From a virus (lineage: Duplodnaviria; Heunggongvirae; Uroviricota; Caudoviricetes): a stretch of DNA of 64,000 nt. The stretch lies in the IMG/VR virus record IMGVR_UViG_3300016667_000484, positions 1 through 64,000 of that record. One strand, written 5' to 3'. Position 1 is the first letter of the stretch; every line of letters starts with the position of its first letter. The notes beneath the pieces were generated by a model. That model ran no database searches, had not been told where the DNA came from, and was given only the letters and a program-made list of their open reading frames with translations. Positions 8,807 to 17,818 of the stretch are shown here, piece by piece. The position numbers were made by a program, and so were the translations under genes.

Positions 8807-9931
8807 TCAATCCTCCCTCTTACCTTTGCCCCAGTCGATCACAACGGGGAACCGCGGAACCCCATCAGGAGTGGGCGTGAAGTAGCGCAGAGTGACCCAG
8901 TCAGGCTTCTCTTGTTTGGCCCACATCGCCTGCAGAGTTTCCATATCACCGCGAACACCGGCTTGAAAAGTCTTCTCCGAATTCAGACGCAGGACGAAGT
9001 GCTTCACACACCCATGCCAATTGCCTTGACCTTCGAGAACTTCGACCACTTCGAACTCGTCGGTCAAGAACTCTTTGCGCTTGAGCAGGTTCTTCGTACG
9101 CTTGTTCTCGTACGGTTTGTCGATACGAACCATTTGGCCTTCATAGCCATGCTCGAGGTAACCTTCGTACAGCGAGTCAAGCCCCGTGTGCGTAGGCACA
9201 TGTACAGTGGGTACGATCCGCACGTATTGAAGCGGCGCAGCATAACGAAGAAGCTCACGCTTGCTGAAGGGAAGATCGGGTTCATCAGTGACGATCACAT
9301 CGTACACATGGTATTGCACAAGTTCTTTCGACTTCACCAGATCTTCTGGTTTCGGCTTCGTCTTGCGAACCATCGAAGTGATGGAGTTGAAGTCGTCTTT
9401 GAGCTCATGATTGTAGAGCTCACCGTCGAGAATCATGTTCGGATGCTCTTCAAAGAAAGGCTGCAGGGACTCCCAGATATGAGGCACAGCAACGATCTCT
9501 TTGCCAGACCGAGTCCACAACCCGTCTTTACGAGCGATGCATCGGATGCCATCCAGCTTCGGCTGAGCGTACACATTACCGGCAGCGAAGTTCACTTCGA
9601 CGTCTTCGAACTTCTCGGCCAGCATAGGCTTGAACTTGTCGAAGGTGTCGACGTTCTTCAGGTCGGTGAAGTACCCACGGTCTTTCTTCTTCTGCACTTC
9701 AGAGGCCATCTCCGATGTGGCTTGCTCTTCAAGAGAAGTCTCATTCGAACGACCGACGTTCTTCTGTTCAACGAAGGTCCATTCCGAAGTCACCTTCTTC
9801 CCGTCTTCAAGGCCGGCGATCGAACGAAGACCCCAACGAGTCCCGTCGGTTCCAGTCTCAGCATACCACACTCGCACCTTGCCTTTGGAATCGAGTTTGT
9901 AGAGGGTTTCGCTAGTCAGTACAGTTTTCAT
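8807..9931 (-). CDS. ATP-dependent DNA ligase
   Basis: AQPKLDGIRC motif I and the DGELY motif. 374 aa. RBS GGAG. Confidence 0.85.
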   Translation of the reverse strand: MKTVLTSETLYKLDSKGKVRVWYAETGTDGTRWGLRSIAGLEDGKKVTSEWTFVEQKNVGRSNETSLEEQATSEMASEVQKKKDRGYFTDLKNVDTFDKFKPMLAEKFEDVEVNFAAGNVYAQPKLDGIRCIARKDGLWTRSGKEIVAVPHIWESLQPFFEEHPNMILDGELYNHELKDDFNSITSMVRKTKPKPEDLVKSKELVQYHVYDVIVTDEPDLPFSKRELLRYAAPLQYVRIVPTVHVPTHTGLDSLYEGYLEHGYEGQMVRIDKPYENKRTKNLLKRKEFLTDEFEVVEVLEGQGNWHGCVKHFVLRLNSEKTFQAGVRGDMETLQAMWAKQEKPDWVTLRYFTPTPDGVPRFPVVIDWGKGKRED

Positions 9932-9932
9932 G

Positions 9933-10481
9933 TTAGCTCCAGAATGTGACGAATTTTTGCCAGAAGGTTTGTTTGATCCCGCGAGTCTGATGCCACTTCT
10001 TCAGCATCTCAGCCGAGACTTGACGCGCCTCGACTTCCCACGGGAATGATCTGTATTCTTTATAAGATGGTTTGTTCAGTTTGTCAACCGAATAATGCAC
10101 ACCCTTGTACACTTCACTACCATCAGGCTGGCGTACGATGTCGCCACGAAGTTCTTGCATCACATGAGTCATCTCGTGGAAGATCGTCTCTATAACTTTG
10201 GTGAAGTCGCCTGCGGTGATGTTTAAGACAAATCTTTCAACTGAGACCTTTGTCCCATACTGTCGAAATTCAGTGATGCAACATCCTCGACTAACATCTG
10301 AGTTCAAACTCGAAGAAAGCGTTGAACTCAAATCAAGCTTCTTTGGAAACTTGATGTAGACTGGAACGTTGTACTTATGAAGTTCGTAAGTATCAACAAA
10401 GAACTCGAACGCATCATGAATCTTCTCCCACTCGTCTTCTGAGAAGATGTACTTTCCATCGAGATGCAGACGTACTTTCAT
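9933..10481 (-). CDS. putative Zn metallopeptidase (HExxH, SprT/WLM-like)
   Basis: HEMTHVMQ motif. Confidence 0.5.
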   Translation of the reverse strand: MKVRLHLDGKYIFSEDEWEKIHDAFEFFVDTYELHKYNVPVYIKFPKKLDLSSTLSSSLNSDVSRGCCITEFRQYGTKVSVERFVLNITAGDFTKVIETIFHEMTHVMQELRGDIVRQPDGSEVYKGVHYSVDKLNKPSYKEYRSFPWEVEARQVSAEMLKKWHQTRGIKQTFWQKFVTFWS

Positions 10482-11002
10482 TGGTAGTCCTTCAAGAAGT
10501 TGGTGACGTATTCATCAGAGGCTTCACCCATGTCTTTGCCATCATCCATCACATGAGCGACATGACCGCACTTAGCAAGCTTACGTCCAGCGCTATCGTT
10601 ATCACAAACAGCCACGACAGGACGGTGTCTCCTAACCGTCCAGAGCCATCTCGCGAGAGATGGATCCACGTCATTGCTAAGAGTAGCGACAGCTGAAAAG
10701 CCACGGCTAGTGAGACGAGCAGCATCGAAGACTCCTTCTGTTACAAACAGCGTGTTAGAGAAGTTCCAAGACTCGAGGCCCCAGACGCCGACGACTTTGT
10801 CTTTGCGCCATGAGAAGTAACGAGACTCACGAGGATGGTTATCCTTCTTCTTGGTAGCGCTTGGGCGATACTGCTGAAAGCCAACCATCTGACCGGTTAG
10901 GTTCCACAGAGGATAGGTTGCGACACCTTCGTCCTCGTCGACCCAGACGGTGTGCACATTCATGTCGAAGTGTCGCGACTTGAGATTTTCGAGAACTGTC
11001 AT
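10478..11002 (-). CDS. Toprim domain protein
   Basis: VTEGVFDA ... AVCDNDSAGRKLA gives the Toprim E and DxD motifs. Early promoter at 11027-11055. Confidence 0.55.
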   Translation of the reverse strand: MTVLENLKSRHFDMNVHTVWVDEDEGVATYPLWNLTGQMVGFQQYRPSATKKKDNHPRESRYFSWRKDKVVGVWGLESWNFSNTLFVTEGVFDAARLTSRGFSAVATLSNDVDPSLARWLWTVRRHRPVVAVCDNDSAGRKLAKCGHVAHVMDDGKDMGEASDEYVTNFLKDYQ

Positions 11003-11026
11003 AGTGTCACCTATGCTTACGGATTA

Positions 11027-11055
11027 GATATAAGCAATCTATCTACAGATGTCAA
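11027..11055 (-). promoter_or_regulatory. early promoter, same family
   Basis: TTGACATCTGTAGATAGATTGCTTATATC, upstream of the Toprim gene. Confidence 0.7.
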
Positions 11056-11062
11056 TGGCTAT

Positions 11063-11248
11063 TTAGCCATTCTTCCAGCAACGGCGGGGATCGACATTAA
11101 CGTCGACATCTTCACCTTCGTAGTCGTCCCAGACCGTAACGACAACCCAGCCACGGTCAAAACCCTTAACGCGGCCGTATTCTTCAATGTTGTTCTTGAA
11201 GCCAACGTAGGAGCCAACTTCGATTTTGTTGCCGTCCATATCAAGCAT
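11063..11248 (-). CDS. hypothetical protein
   Basis: Start placed at the RBS-preceded Met (AGGAGATGAAC then ATG, MLDMDGNK). Confidence 0.45.
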   Translation of the reverse strand: MLDMDGNKIEVGSYVGFKNNIEEYGRVKGFDRGWVVVTVWDDYEGEDVDVNVDPRRCWKNG

Positions 11249-11305
11249 GTTCATCTCCTGTTCTGATAGATTACTTCTATCTTGATTCGAGCTGAATGTC
11301 AATAG

Positions 11306-11761
11306 CTATTGTGCAGCTTCCATCAATTCTTTCACTGGAACGAACTTTCCTTCGCGGAAGATGTGAGTGACTTTATTGTATCCCTGTTCAGTCACTTGCC
11401 TGATGCTGGCCGACCACACTTTCTTGATGGCGCCATCCATCTGCTTCTCTTTGCGTTCAACTGCAACTCTTCCAAGGATGCCACCGTAAGTGAAGCCCGC
11501 GACCACTCGATACTTCCCAGCTCTGCTTCCCGTCACTTGAACAAGATCTCCGACCCTGAGCACTTGTGCTTTGTTCAACCACTCACCGGTCTTCTCAAGA
11601 AGTGCTTTACGATCCTTGTAAGCAGCCCGATTTCGTGCTTCGTCTTCCATCTCGAAGACCCGAAGCTTTGAAGTCAGATCTTTCATCGTCTCAGCGTGAC
11701 GCTTCTTCTCAGCTGCGATCGCGTCTTTGAGTTGTTGCTTGTTCATATCACACCTCATCAA
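11306..11761 (-). CDS. hypothetical protein, coiled-coil N-terminus
   Basis: 151-aa ORF. Confidence 0.5.
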   Translation of the reverse strand: MMRCDMNKQQLKDAIAAEKKRHAETMKDLTSKLRVFEMEDEARNRAAYKDRKALLEKTGEWLNKAQVLRVGDLVQVTGSRAGKYRVVAGFTYGGILGRVAVERKEKQMDGAIKKVWSASIRQVTEQGYNKVTHIFREGKFVPVKELMEAAQ

Positions 11762-11916
11762 ATGGTTTGTCGACAGGCCATGGCTCCCAACAGAACGCAG
11801 GGTAATCGTACTTCGTGCCCCACTCAGTCATGAGTTTCGCGAAGTCGGTGTAGACTGCGTGGAGTTTCCACCCACCGTCTACCATCTTAAAGACTGGAAA
11901 GCACATTCTTTTCTCC
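11758..11916 (-). CDS. small Cys/Trp-rich protein (52 aa)
   Basis: RBS GGAGAAAAGA before ATG. Its stop overlaps the start of 11306-11761. Confidence 0.4.
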
Positions 11917-12104
11917 TTAGATCAAACCAGTAACGACTTCAAGCACCACACGATTGATGGCGGTGCGAAGAGGATCGTATGTCGACGCAAGATGTACACA
12001 GTAGCAGATGATGATGGTGCTGATCACGATGCCGAAGGTTTTCATTGTGTCACTCGATGTTGCCTATAGTTATGTTCTATACACTTCTTCAAGTGATGTC
12101 AACA

Positions 12105-12135
12105 AAAAAGAGCGCCGAAGCGCTCTTTTTCTACA
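12105..12135. terminator. bidirectional intrinsic terminator
   Basis: aaaaaagAGCGCcgaaGCGCTctttttc with T-runs on both sides, downstream of the SPFH gene. Confidence 0.7.
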
Positions 12136-12150
12136 CTTTTTTCTTATGAC

Positions 12151-13014
12151 TTACTTCTGAGCCATGTCCATGAAGGGAACAGTCGAACCCGGGATCATAG
12201 TCGTCGGAAGCTTACCGTCCCACTTTTCAGCTTGAGTCAGGGCAATCAGACCGGCGTTATCACGAAGAGCGTCGGCCTTTGCACGAATAGCAGCAGCTTC
12301 AGCTTCACCTTTCAACCGAGTCGCTTCAGCAGCAGCTTTTGCTTGAGCCAACTGAGAGTCAGCCTGTGCTTGGGCCTGGATCACTGCGATCTCAGCCTGA
12401 ACTTTTTCACGTTCAGCGTTCTGTTTCACCTTCTGAACTTCAACTTCGGCGAGCATACGAGCTTCGATCGAGTCTTCATAAACATTCGAGAAGTCGATGT
12501 TTTCGATCTGGACCGACTCGATGATGATCGGGCCTTTCACGATACTCTGAAGAGCTGTTTGCACGTCGGCAACAAGACGACCACGATCGTTGATTGCGGT
12601 CACAGCGTTGTATTTACCGAAGACGTTCTTCACTTCGTTGTAGACCTGGCGGTCGAGAAGACGAGTCAGAACACCTTCTTCACCGCCGTATTCCGAGTAG
12701 ATCTGTTCAACCTGATCGGAAGGAAGACGATAGTTCACAGAGATAACGAGCTCAGCGGTTTGCTGGTCTTTCGAATAGGCAGCAACACCTTCATATCGCC
12801 GAGCATTTGCACGAACGGAGATTTCTTTCACCGAGTCGATGATCGGCAGCTTGAAGCCGAGACCGGGTTCAGCGGTACCAACAACTGCACCATTGCGCAG
12901 AAGAACACCGCGATCACCAGAGTCGATCGTATAGAAAGAACCACCGATCACGGTGAGGGCAAAAAGGCCAACAGTAGCAGCAACACCAGCACCAACAATA
13001 AAGCGAGCATTCAT
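12151..13014 (-). CDS. SPFH/band-7 (HflC/stomatin-like) membrane protein
   Basis: N-terminal transmembrane segment, a PHB domain and an Ala/Gln-rich coiled coil. Start placed at MNARF with RBS AAGGA. Intrinsic terminator downstream. Confidence 0.8.
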   Translation of the reverse strand: MNARFIVGAGVAATVGLFALTVIGGSFYTIDSGDRGVLLRNGAVVGTAEPGLGFKLPIIDSVKEISVRANARRYEGVAAYSKDQQTAELVISVNYRLPSDQVEQIYSEYGGEEGVLTRLLDRQVYNEVKNVFGKYNAVTAINDRGRLVADVQTALQSIVKGPIIIESVQIENIDFSNVYEDSIEARMLAEVEVQKVKQNAEREKVQAEIAVIQAQAQADSQLAQAKAAAEATRLKGEAEAAAIRAKADALRDNAGLIALTQAEKWDGKLPTTMIPGSTVPFMDMAQK

Positions 13015-13075
13015 GATTTTTTCCTTGGGTTTTTCAAAAGTAGGGGTACGTTGAGGACGACGATCGAATGGCGAC

Positions 13076-13219
13076 TTAATCATTTTCGTCGACCACCACT
13101 TCGTTGCCGTCTTTGTCGACTTCATAGCGATAGCTACGAATCTTCACACGGGTCAGAAGAGCATACACTCCGACGCCGATAAGCGTGGCAACAACACACA
13201 TTCCGATAAAGGTTACCAT
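13076..13219 (-). CDS. small membrane protein, possible NfeD-like partner of the SPFH protein
   Basis: 47 aa with a transmembrane segment. RBS GGAG. It lies immediately upstream of the SPFH gene. Confidence 0.4.
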   Translation of the reverse strand: MVTFIGMCVVATLIGVGVYALLTRVKIRSYRYEVDKDGNEVVVDEND

Positions 13220-13221
13220 GT

Positions 13222-13494
13222 TTAACTCCAATCCATGTCGATTTCTTGAGACTCTTGCCCAGGTTTCAGTACTTCTCCGCTGAGACAAATGGAACCTGGG
13301 CCGTTCCACGTCCAGTTCATTCCGGTACGCCAAGTGTTCTTCCTTGCCATACCGTTATCACGGAAGTCGCCGATGCAGAGGCCATAAGCGTAGTAGCTTG
13401 CGTCGACAAGAGGAACAATAACTCCGGCTTCCATGTCTTTGATAGCCGAGTTGCGAAGATTTGTACGTTCTTCCATCGTGAGTGTAGTATTCAT
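13222..13494 (-). CDS. hypothetical protein
   Basis: RBS before MNTTLTMEE. Early promoter at 13521-13548. Confidence 0.5.
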   Translation of the reverse strand: MNTTLTMEERTNLRNSAIKDMEAGVIVPLVDASYYAYGLCIGDFRDNGMARKNTWRTGMNWTWNGPGSICLSGEVLKPGQESQEIDMDWS

Positions 13495-13520
13495 CTGTTC
13501 CTCTTCTTCCTTACAAGATA

Positions 13521-13548
13521 GATATAATCTATCCTTCAGAAATGTCAA
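13521..13548 (-). promoter_or_regulatory. early promoter, same family (N16)
   Basis: TTGACA ... TATATC; the ORF start at 13494 follows. Confidence 0.6.
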
Positions 13549-13915
13549 CTATTTTTTTGTTGCGAACAGCAATTTTTACAGCCCAAGCTGCAGCACAGTA
13601 GAATGCATCACCGACTTCGAGTTGGAACCCATTGAACTCGAAACGCTTGAGTACACGATCACCGTTCCAGCATGGATACTCGGGAATCTCGATGTAGCCG
13701 CGAGCTTTCAAAAGTCTACGAACTTCTGCAAACGCAGGATGATCTTCTTGCGCTGCTGTGACTCCGTAGTGACCTTCAAACTCATAACGAATCAGGCAAT
13801 CAGTCACGAGTTCATCAGGAATCACGACCTTGGGGTTCTCTACTTCTTTCGGCAATCCTCTTGCCTCTATAGCCTTTAGAAGTAGTTCTGCGGGGATTAC
13901 GTTGTTCCACGACAT
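13529..13915 (-). CDS. hypothetical protein
   Basis: 128-aa ORF. Confidence 0.5.
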   Translation of the reverse strand: MSWNNVIPAELLLKAIEARGLPKEVENPKVVIPDELVTDCLIRYEFEGHYGVTAAQEDHPAFAEVRRLLKARGYIEIPEYPCWNGDRVLKRFEFNGFQLEVGDAFYCAAAWAVKIAVRNKKIVDISEG

Positions 13916-14475
13916 TAGTCGACAAACTCCTTGAGAAGCACCTTCGCTTGTGCGGTGATGTCTTCGAATGCTACAGGTGTGTAGTTGATCACTTCGACCG
14001 AGACGTTGATGTAGCGACCAACTGGTGTAGGGTTACCATGGATGTGTCCATGGATGTTGCAGAAGAAGTTCCTGCTTCCAGGTGCACCAACTTCATGTTG
14101 TGAAGGATGAAGCGGGATGTGCGAGAAGTGAAGCTTCTCATCGCGGAACTTGCGCTCGAGATGAACCTTCTGGAAGAAGCCACCTGACGTCAGATACTTG
14201 ATGTCGTCGTGATTGCCGACACAGAGACGCTTGCTTCCGTTCAGCTTCGGCCAGAGCTTCTCAAAGCGCTTAGTGTCACCAAACATTACGTCGCCGAGAT
14301 GCCAGACCTTGTCACCCTTCTTAACGACAGAGTTCCAGTTCTCAACCATACACTCGTCCATCTCATCGACATTGGCAAAGCCAGGACGAACCTTCAGACC
14401 AGTGCGAGAGTCGATGAAGTTCAGGATGTTCTCATGACCAAAGTGTGTGTCAGAGATTAGCCAAATGTTACTCAT
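13915..14475 (-). CDS. calcineurin-like metallophosphoesterase
   Basis: ISDTHFGH, GNHD and GHIHG motifs. Confidence 0.8.
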   Translation of the reverse strand: MSNIWLISDTHFGHENILNFIDSRTGLKVRPGFANVDEMDECMVENWNSVVKKGDKVWHLGDVMFGDTKRFEKLWPKLNGSKRLCVGNHDDIKYLTSGGFFQKVHLERKFRDEKLHFSHIPLHPSQHEVGAPGSRNFFCNIHGHIHGNPTPVGRYINVSVEVINYTPVAFEDITAQAKVLLKEFVD

Positions 14476-14495
14476 TGTATATCCTTTATGTAGAA

Positions 14496-14513
14496 GTGGG
14501 GCCGAAGCCCCAC
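14496..14513 (-). terminator. stable GC hairpin with tetraloop between nadV and the phosphoesterase gene
   Basis: GUGGGGC-cgaa-GCCCCAC. The U-tract is weak, so it may act as a terminator or an RNA-stability element. Confidence 0.35.
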
Positions 14514-14631
14514 TCTTAGTTTGGTTTCAGTCGCTCACACTCTTTGAGTTGCTTGAGGAACTGATTTCGAAGGTCGTTAGCCTTCCATACAGCAGACATC
14601 CACTCTACATATTCTTTTGAACGAGTGTCCA

Positions 14632-16047
14632 TTACACACCTTCCTTTGCACGTTCACGAATGGTTGCAAAGTCGTCTTCAACAAGGATAGCACCGTTGCG
14701 GAATACCGGACGAAGCATGTTCTTGACCGACAAGAACTCCCAGACATAGTCTTCAGGCACCGTGGAGATGTGTCCACCTTCATTTACCAGAGCCAGACGA
14801 CCCTGCTTCGACTTCTTACCGTGGTCTGTGATCGGGTCTTTTGCGAACCCCTTCCAAAGACCGTCAGCACCTTTGATCGCCGAAGCTTTCATCGCGTACT
14901 TCAAGGTGTCGCGGTTCCAAGCCTGCAGCAGACCACCACCCATACCAAAGGCGATGTTGTCGACAGAGATACCTTCGAGGATCAGGTTGCCGAGGATGAT
15001 CGGCAGCGACTTCTCGTTGATGCCGTCGCCCTGAATAACTCGGATGTGCGGAGGCAGGACCTTGAAGCCCTTGCTGTTGATGCTGTATCCGAACTTGTCC
15101 ATCAGGATCTTGATGACTTCGATCGGAACAACGGTAGGATCACCTGAGTCGGGACGTACCACCAAGGTGCCACCCGACAGAATGATCTTGTCTTTCAGGG
15201 CAGTGCCCCAAAGATCAGAACATGCTTTGTAGATGTCGAAGCTGTCAGACACACAGGCATAGAGTTTACCTGGGCCAGCAAACTTGTCGATCATATTCTC
15301 GAATGCGTTGACTTCGTTCTCGCGGCCCCAAGAGGTGATCGTCGAGTGTTCAGACGCAGGGATCGAGAAGCCAACCACTTCATCGGTGTTGTAGTATTCC
15401 ATAACACCGACAAGTGCTTCAGCAGTGTCAGTGCCCCAGAAGTTCACGAGGTGAGCCATGCCGCCAAGAACTGCAGTCTCACTCGAGGAAGCACCACGAG
15501 CACCGAAGTCATGCAACTTGAAGTTGATCTGAGCTTCGACAGGAACGTCGGAAGTCTTCTCGAGAGCGGCTTTGATGAACTTCTTCATCTTGCGGCTCTT
15601 GGTCGCGACAGTCGAAGGGTACCAGACGCCACGCAGAAGTGCAGTCTCGAGGTACGAAGTCAGCCACCACAGACGAGGATCGGTGTTAACCACCTGCACC
15701 TGTACGTTGTGAGTAGGCATAACCGTACCTTCAGGAACAGCCTCGATCTCAACAGGAAGCATACCGTTGTATTCGTTGACGATGATTTCCCAACCTTCGC
15801 GGTTGAAAGGCAGACCATGTGCGGTCACGATCTTCTCAGCACGATCGACATCCTTCATCGTGATAGGCGTCGTCATGTAATCTTTCATGAAAGCCTGAAG
15901 ACCGAAGAAGACCGATTCATCTTCACCACCACGCGACTCGATGTACGAAGACACGTGAGTCGTGCCAGCAGGGTATTGTACCCACTGAGAGAATTTGTAG
16001 CTGTCAGTGCGGATGATTGCAGAGATTAGATTTAGTACAGTTTTCAT
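14632..16047 (-). CDS. nadV: nicotinamide phosphoribosyltransferase (NAMPT)
   Basis: 471 aa with the typical NAMPT/PBEF sequence (RTDSYKFSQW ...). Confidence 0.9.
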   Translation of the reverse strand: MKTVLNLISAIIRTDSYKFSQWVQYPAGTTHVSSYIESRGGEDESVFFGLQAFMKDYMTTPITMKDVDRAEKIVTAHGLPFNREGWEIIVNEYNGMLPVEIEAVPEGTVMPTHNVQVQVVNTDPRLWWLTSYLETALLRGVWYPSTVATKSRKMKKFIKAALEKTSDVPVEAQINFKLHDFGARGASSSETAVLGGMAHLVNFWGTDTAEALVGVMEYYNTDEVVGFSIPASEHSTITSWGRENEVNAFENMIDKFAGPGKLYACVSDSFDIYKACSDLWGTALKDKIILSGGTLVVRPDSGDPTVVPIEVIKILMDKFGYSINSKGFKVLPPHIRVIQGDGINEKSLPIILGNLILEGISVDNIAFGMGGGLLQAWNRDTLKYAMKASAIKGADGLWKGFAKDPITDHGKKSKQGRLALVNEGGHISTVPEDYVWEFLSVKNMLRPVFRNGAILVEDDFATIRERAKEGV

Positions 16048-16141
16048 AATAGAGCTCCTCTATCGTTAGGTTGATGCCCAAACTCTCTGTTCGGGGCTTA
16101 AGTTGACACTACCACATTTCTGCAGCAGTGTCAATGGTTAT

Positions 16142-16690
16142 TTAGATGGCTTCAGTCAAGACGCGTACGCCTTCCCAAGCCCGAGCACCTTTGTGCTTCG
16201 TGTCGATGTTCTTGACGATCGCGAACGTGAAGTTATCAACACCACCTGCGGTGTACAGAAGGATGTCGCCTTTCTTCAACCTGCCAGCTTCACCAACGAA
16301 GTGCTGTTCGCGGCCGTTCATGCGAACACTGAAGGTGTAGGGCAGAACCTCTTCACACTTCTCCTTGGCCACGATCAAGATGCCACCGCCATCGCCGATG
16401 CGTTCCATCAGCCAGTTGCCGGCGCTGTCGGTACCGCGGTAGTTCGCGAAGATAGGTTTGACCGCCGAGTCTTCGTCAAGGTTCAGTTTGTAGATTGCGT
16501 CTTTCGTCATTGCTTGACCATCCTCTTCAACATATTTCAAACAAGTGTAGTGATCACGAGAGCTCTGACCACTGTGGTCATATCTCGACATGACGTAGTT
16601 ACCAGAGATATAAGTAACCGTCATCGTCTTCTTACCGTGCGCTTTGGTAACTTTGTCACCAACGCTGAAATGGTTTTCTTGCTTTGCCAT
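16142..16690 (-). CDS. hypothetical protein
   Basis: 182-aa ORF. Confidence 0.5.
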   Translation of the reverse strand: MAKQENHFSVGDKVTKAHGKKTMTVTYISGNYVMSRYDHSGQSSRDHYTCLKYVEEDGQAMTKDAIYKLNLDEDSAVKPIFANYRGTDSAGNWLMERIGDGGGILIVAKEKCEEVLPYTFSVRMNGREQHFVGEAGRLKKGDILLYTAGGVDNFTFAIVKNIDTKHKGARAWEGVRVLTEAI

Positions 16691-16716
16691 GATATACTCC
16701 TTTTCCTGTGGTTATC

Positions 16717-17730
16717 TTAACCGATGTTCAGGAAGTTGTCAATAATAAAGAAGTGATCCTCGAACATTTTTTCTTGTTTCACGTCTTTGAAGGGAACCCA
16801 GAATGCTTTCTCGGCGTCGTCAGATCCTTTCACCTTCGGCAGTTCACCGACGCCAAGATCGATGTGGAAAGCCTGAGTGATGGTGCGACCGCGAGACGAG
16901 CGGTTCGGAGCGTCGAAAGTCTTCGAGCCTTTGATGGAACCCTTCAGAACAGGAACAGGAACCTTGATCTTGGTTTCTTCCTTGAGTTCACGAATGGCAC
17001 CGTCAAGCATCGTCTCGTCTTGGTTCAAGAAGCCTCCCGGAAGAGCCCAGAGTCCTTTGCCAGGCATGTCACCACGCTTGACCAAAAGGATATGGCCGGA
17101 TTGAACTACAACTGCATCAACAGTCATGAAGGTCGGAGGGAACGGTGCAGCTTTCCAAGCTTCCTTGTACTTCTTGACCATCTGGTATTCGTTGTACAGA
17201 GTGTCCCAGTAACCGCCAATTCTGCCACCAGCAACGATGATCTTGTTCATCACGATCCGTGCATCATCAGGCATGTTGTCAAGCGCAGCGAAGTCACAGT
17301 TGCCGAACAAGCAGTTACGGATGTCAGTTGCATTGATACCACCGACATCTGCAACTTCTACGTGGTTCTTCCACTTTGGGAAGATGTTCAAGTAGTAGCT
17401 GGTGCTGTCCTTCGAGTGACCGATCAGTCCGACATCTTGTGCATGGGGAACGGTTTCGTCGACGATCTTCTGGATCGCGTTGACCCACTTGTTGTCGTCG
17501 TACGGGTAGTCAGAAACGGGAACGACTTTGACGCGATCTGTTGGGAACACCGCTTCGATCATCGCTTTGCGTTCTTGGAATGTGAAGGGATTTCGAATGT
17601 TGCGAGCTGCGAAACTGGAACCGACGACTACGACGACTTCCTTTGCTTGCTCAAGCGCGGCTTCGATGACCGCTTTGTGTCCATTGTGAAACGGTTGGAA
17701 CCGACCGATAAAGACGAGTGCGTCTCGCAT
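16717..17730 (-). CDS. natV: bifunctional NMN adenylyltransferase / Nudix hydrolase (NadM-Nudix)
   Basis: GRFQPFHNGH nucleotidyltransferase motif and the Nudix box GGFLNQDETMLDGAIRELKEETKI. Start at MRDALVF with RBS AAGGAG. TATAAATA at 17780-17787. Confidence 0.9.
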   Translation of the reverse strand: MRDALVFIGRFQPFHNGHKAVIEAALEQAKEVVVVVGSSFAARNIRNPFTFQERKAMIEAVFPTDRVKVVPVSDYPYDDNKWVNAIQKIVDETVPHAQDVGLIGHSKDSTSYYLNIFPKWKNHVEVADVGGINATDIRNCLFGNCDFAALDNMPDDARIVMNKIIVAGGRIGGYWDTLYNEYQMVKKYKEAWKAAPFPPTFMTVDAVVVQSGHILLVKRGDMPGKGLWALPGGFLNQDETMLDGAIRELKEETKIKVPVPVLKGSIKGSKTFDAPNRSSRGRTITQAFHIDLGVGELPKVKGSDDAEKAFWVPFKDVKQEKMFEDHFFIIDNFLNIG

Positions 17731-17779
17731 GCAAAAACTCCTTTTGCTATTTAGTAGGAGCCTCACTGGCTCCTACTTC

Positions 17780-17818
17780 TATTTATACCATCAGTTGATC
17801 AAATGTCAACTACTATTT
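17780..17818 (-). promoter_or_regulatory. composite promoter: TTGACA-N16-TATAAATA (sigma70-like and T4-late-like -10)
   Basis: On the minus strand TTGACATTTGATCAACTGATGGTATAAATAG, followed by a hairpin and the natV RBS. Confidence 0.5.

Noticed and set aside
8912-9949. 345-aa plus-strand ORF
   Set aside because: Antisense to the DNA ligase gene, which has clear ligase motifs. Shadow ORF.
12232-13182. 316-aa plus-strand ORF
   Set aside because: Antisense shadow of the SPFH gene. Ser/Cys/Leu-rich nonsense.
16708-17754. 348-aa plus-strand ORF
   Set aside because: Antisense to the NMNAT-Nudix gene, which has two catalytic motifs.
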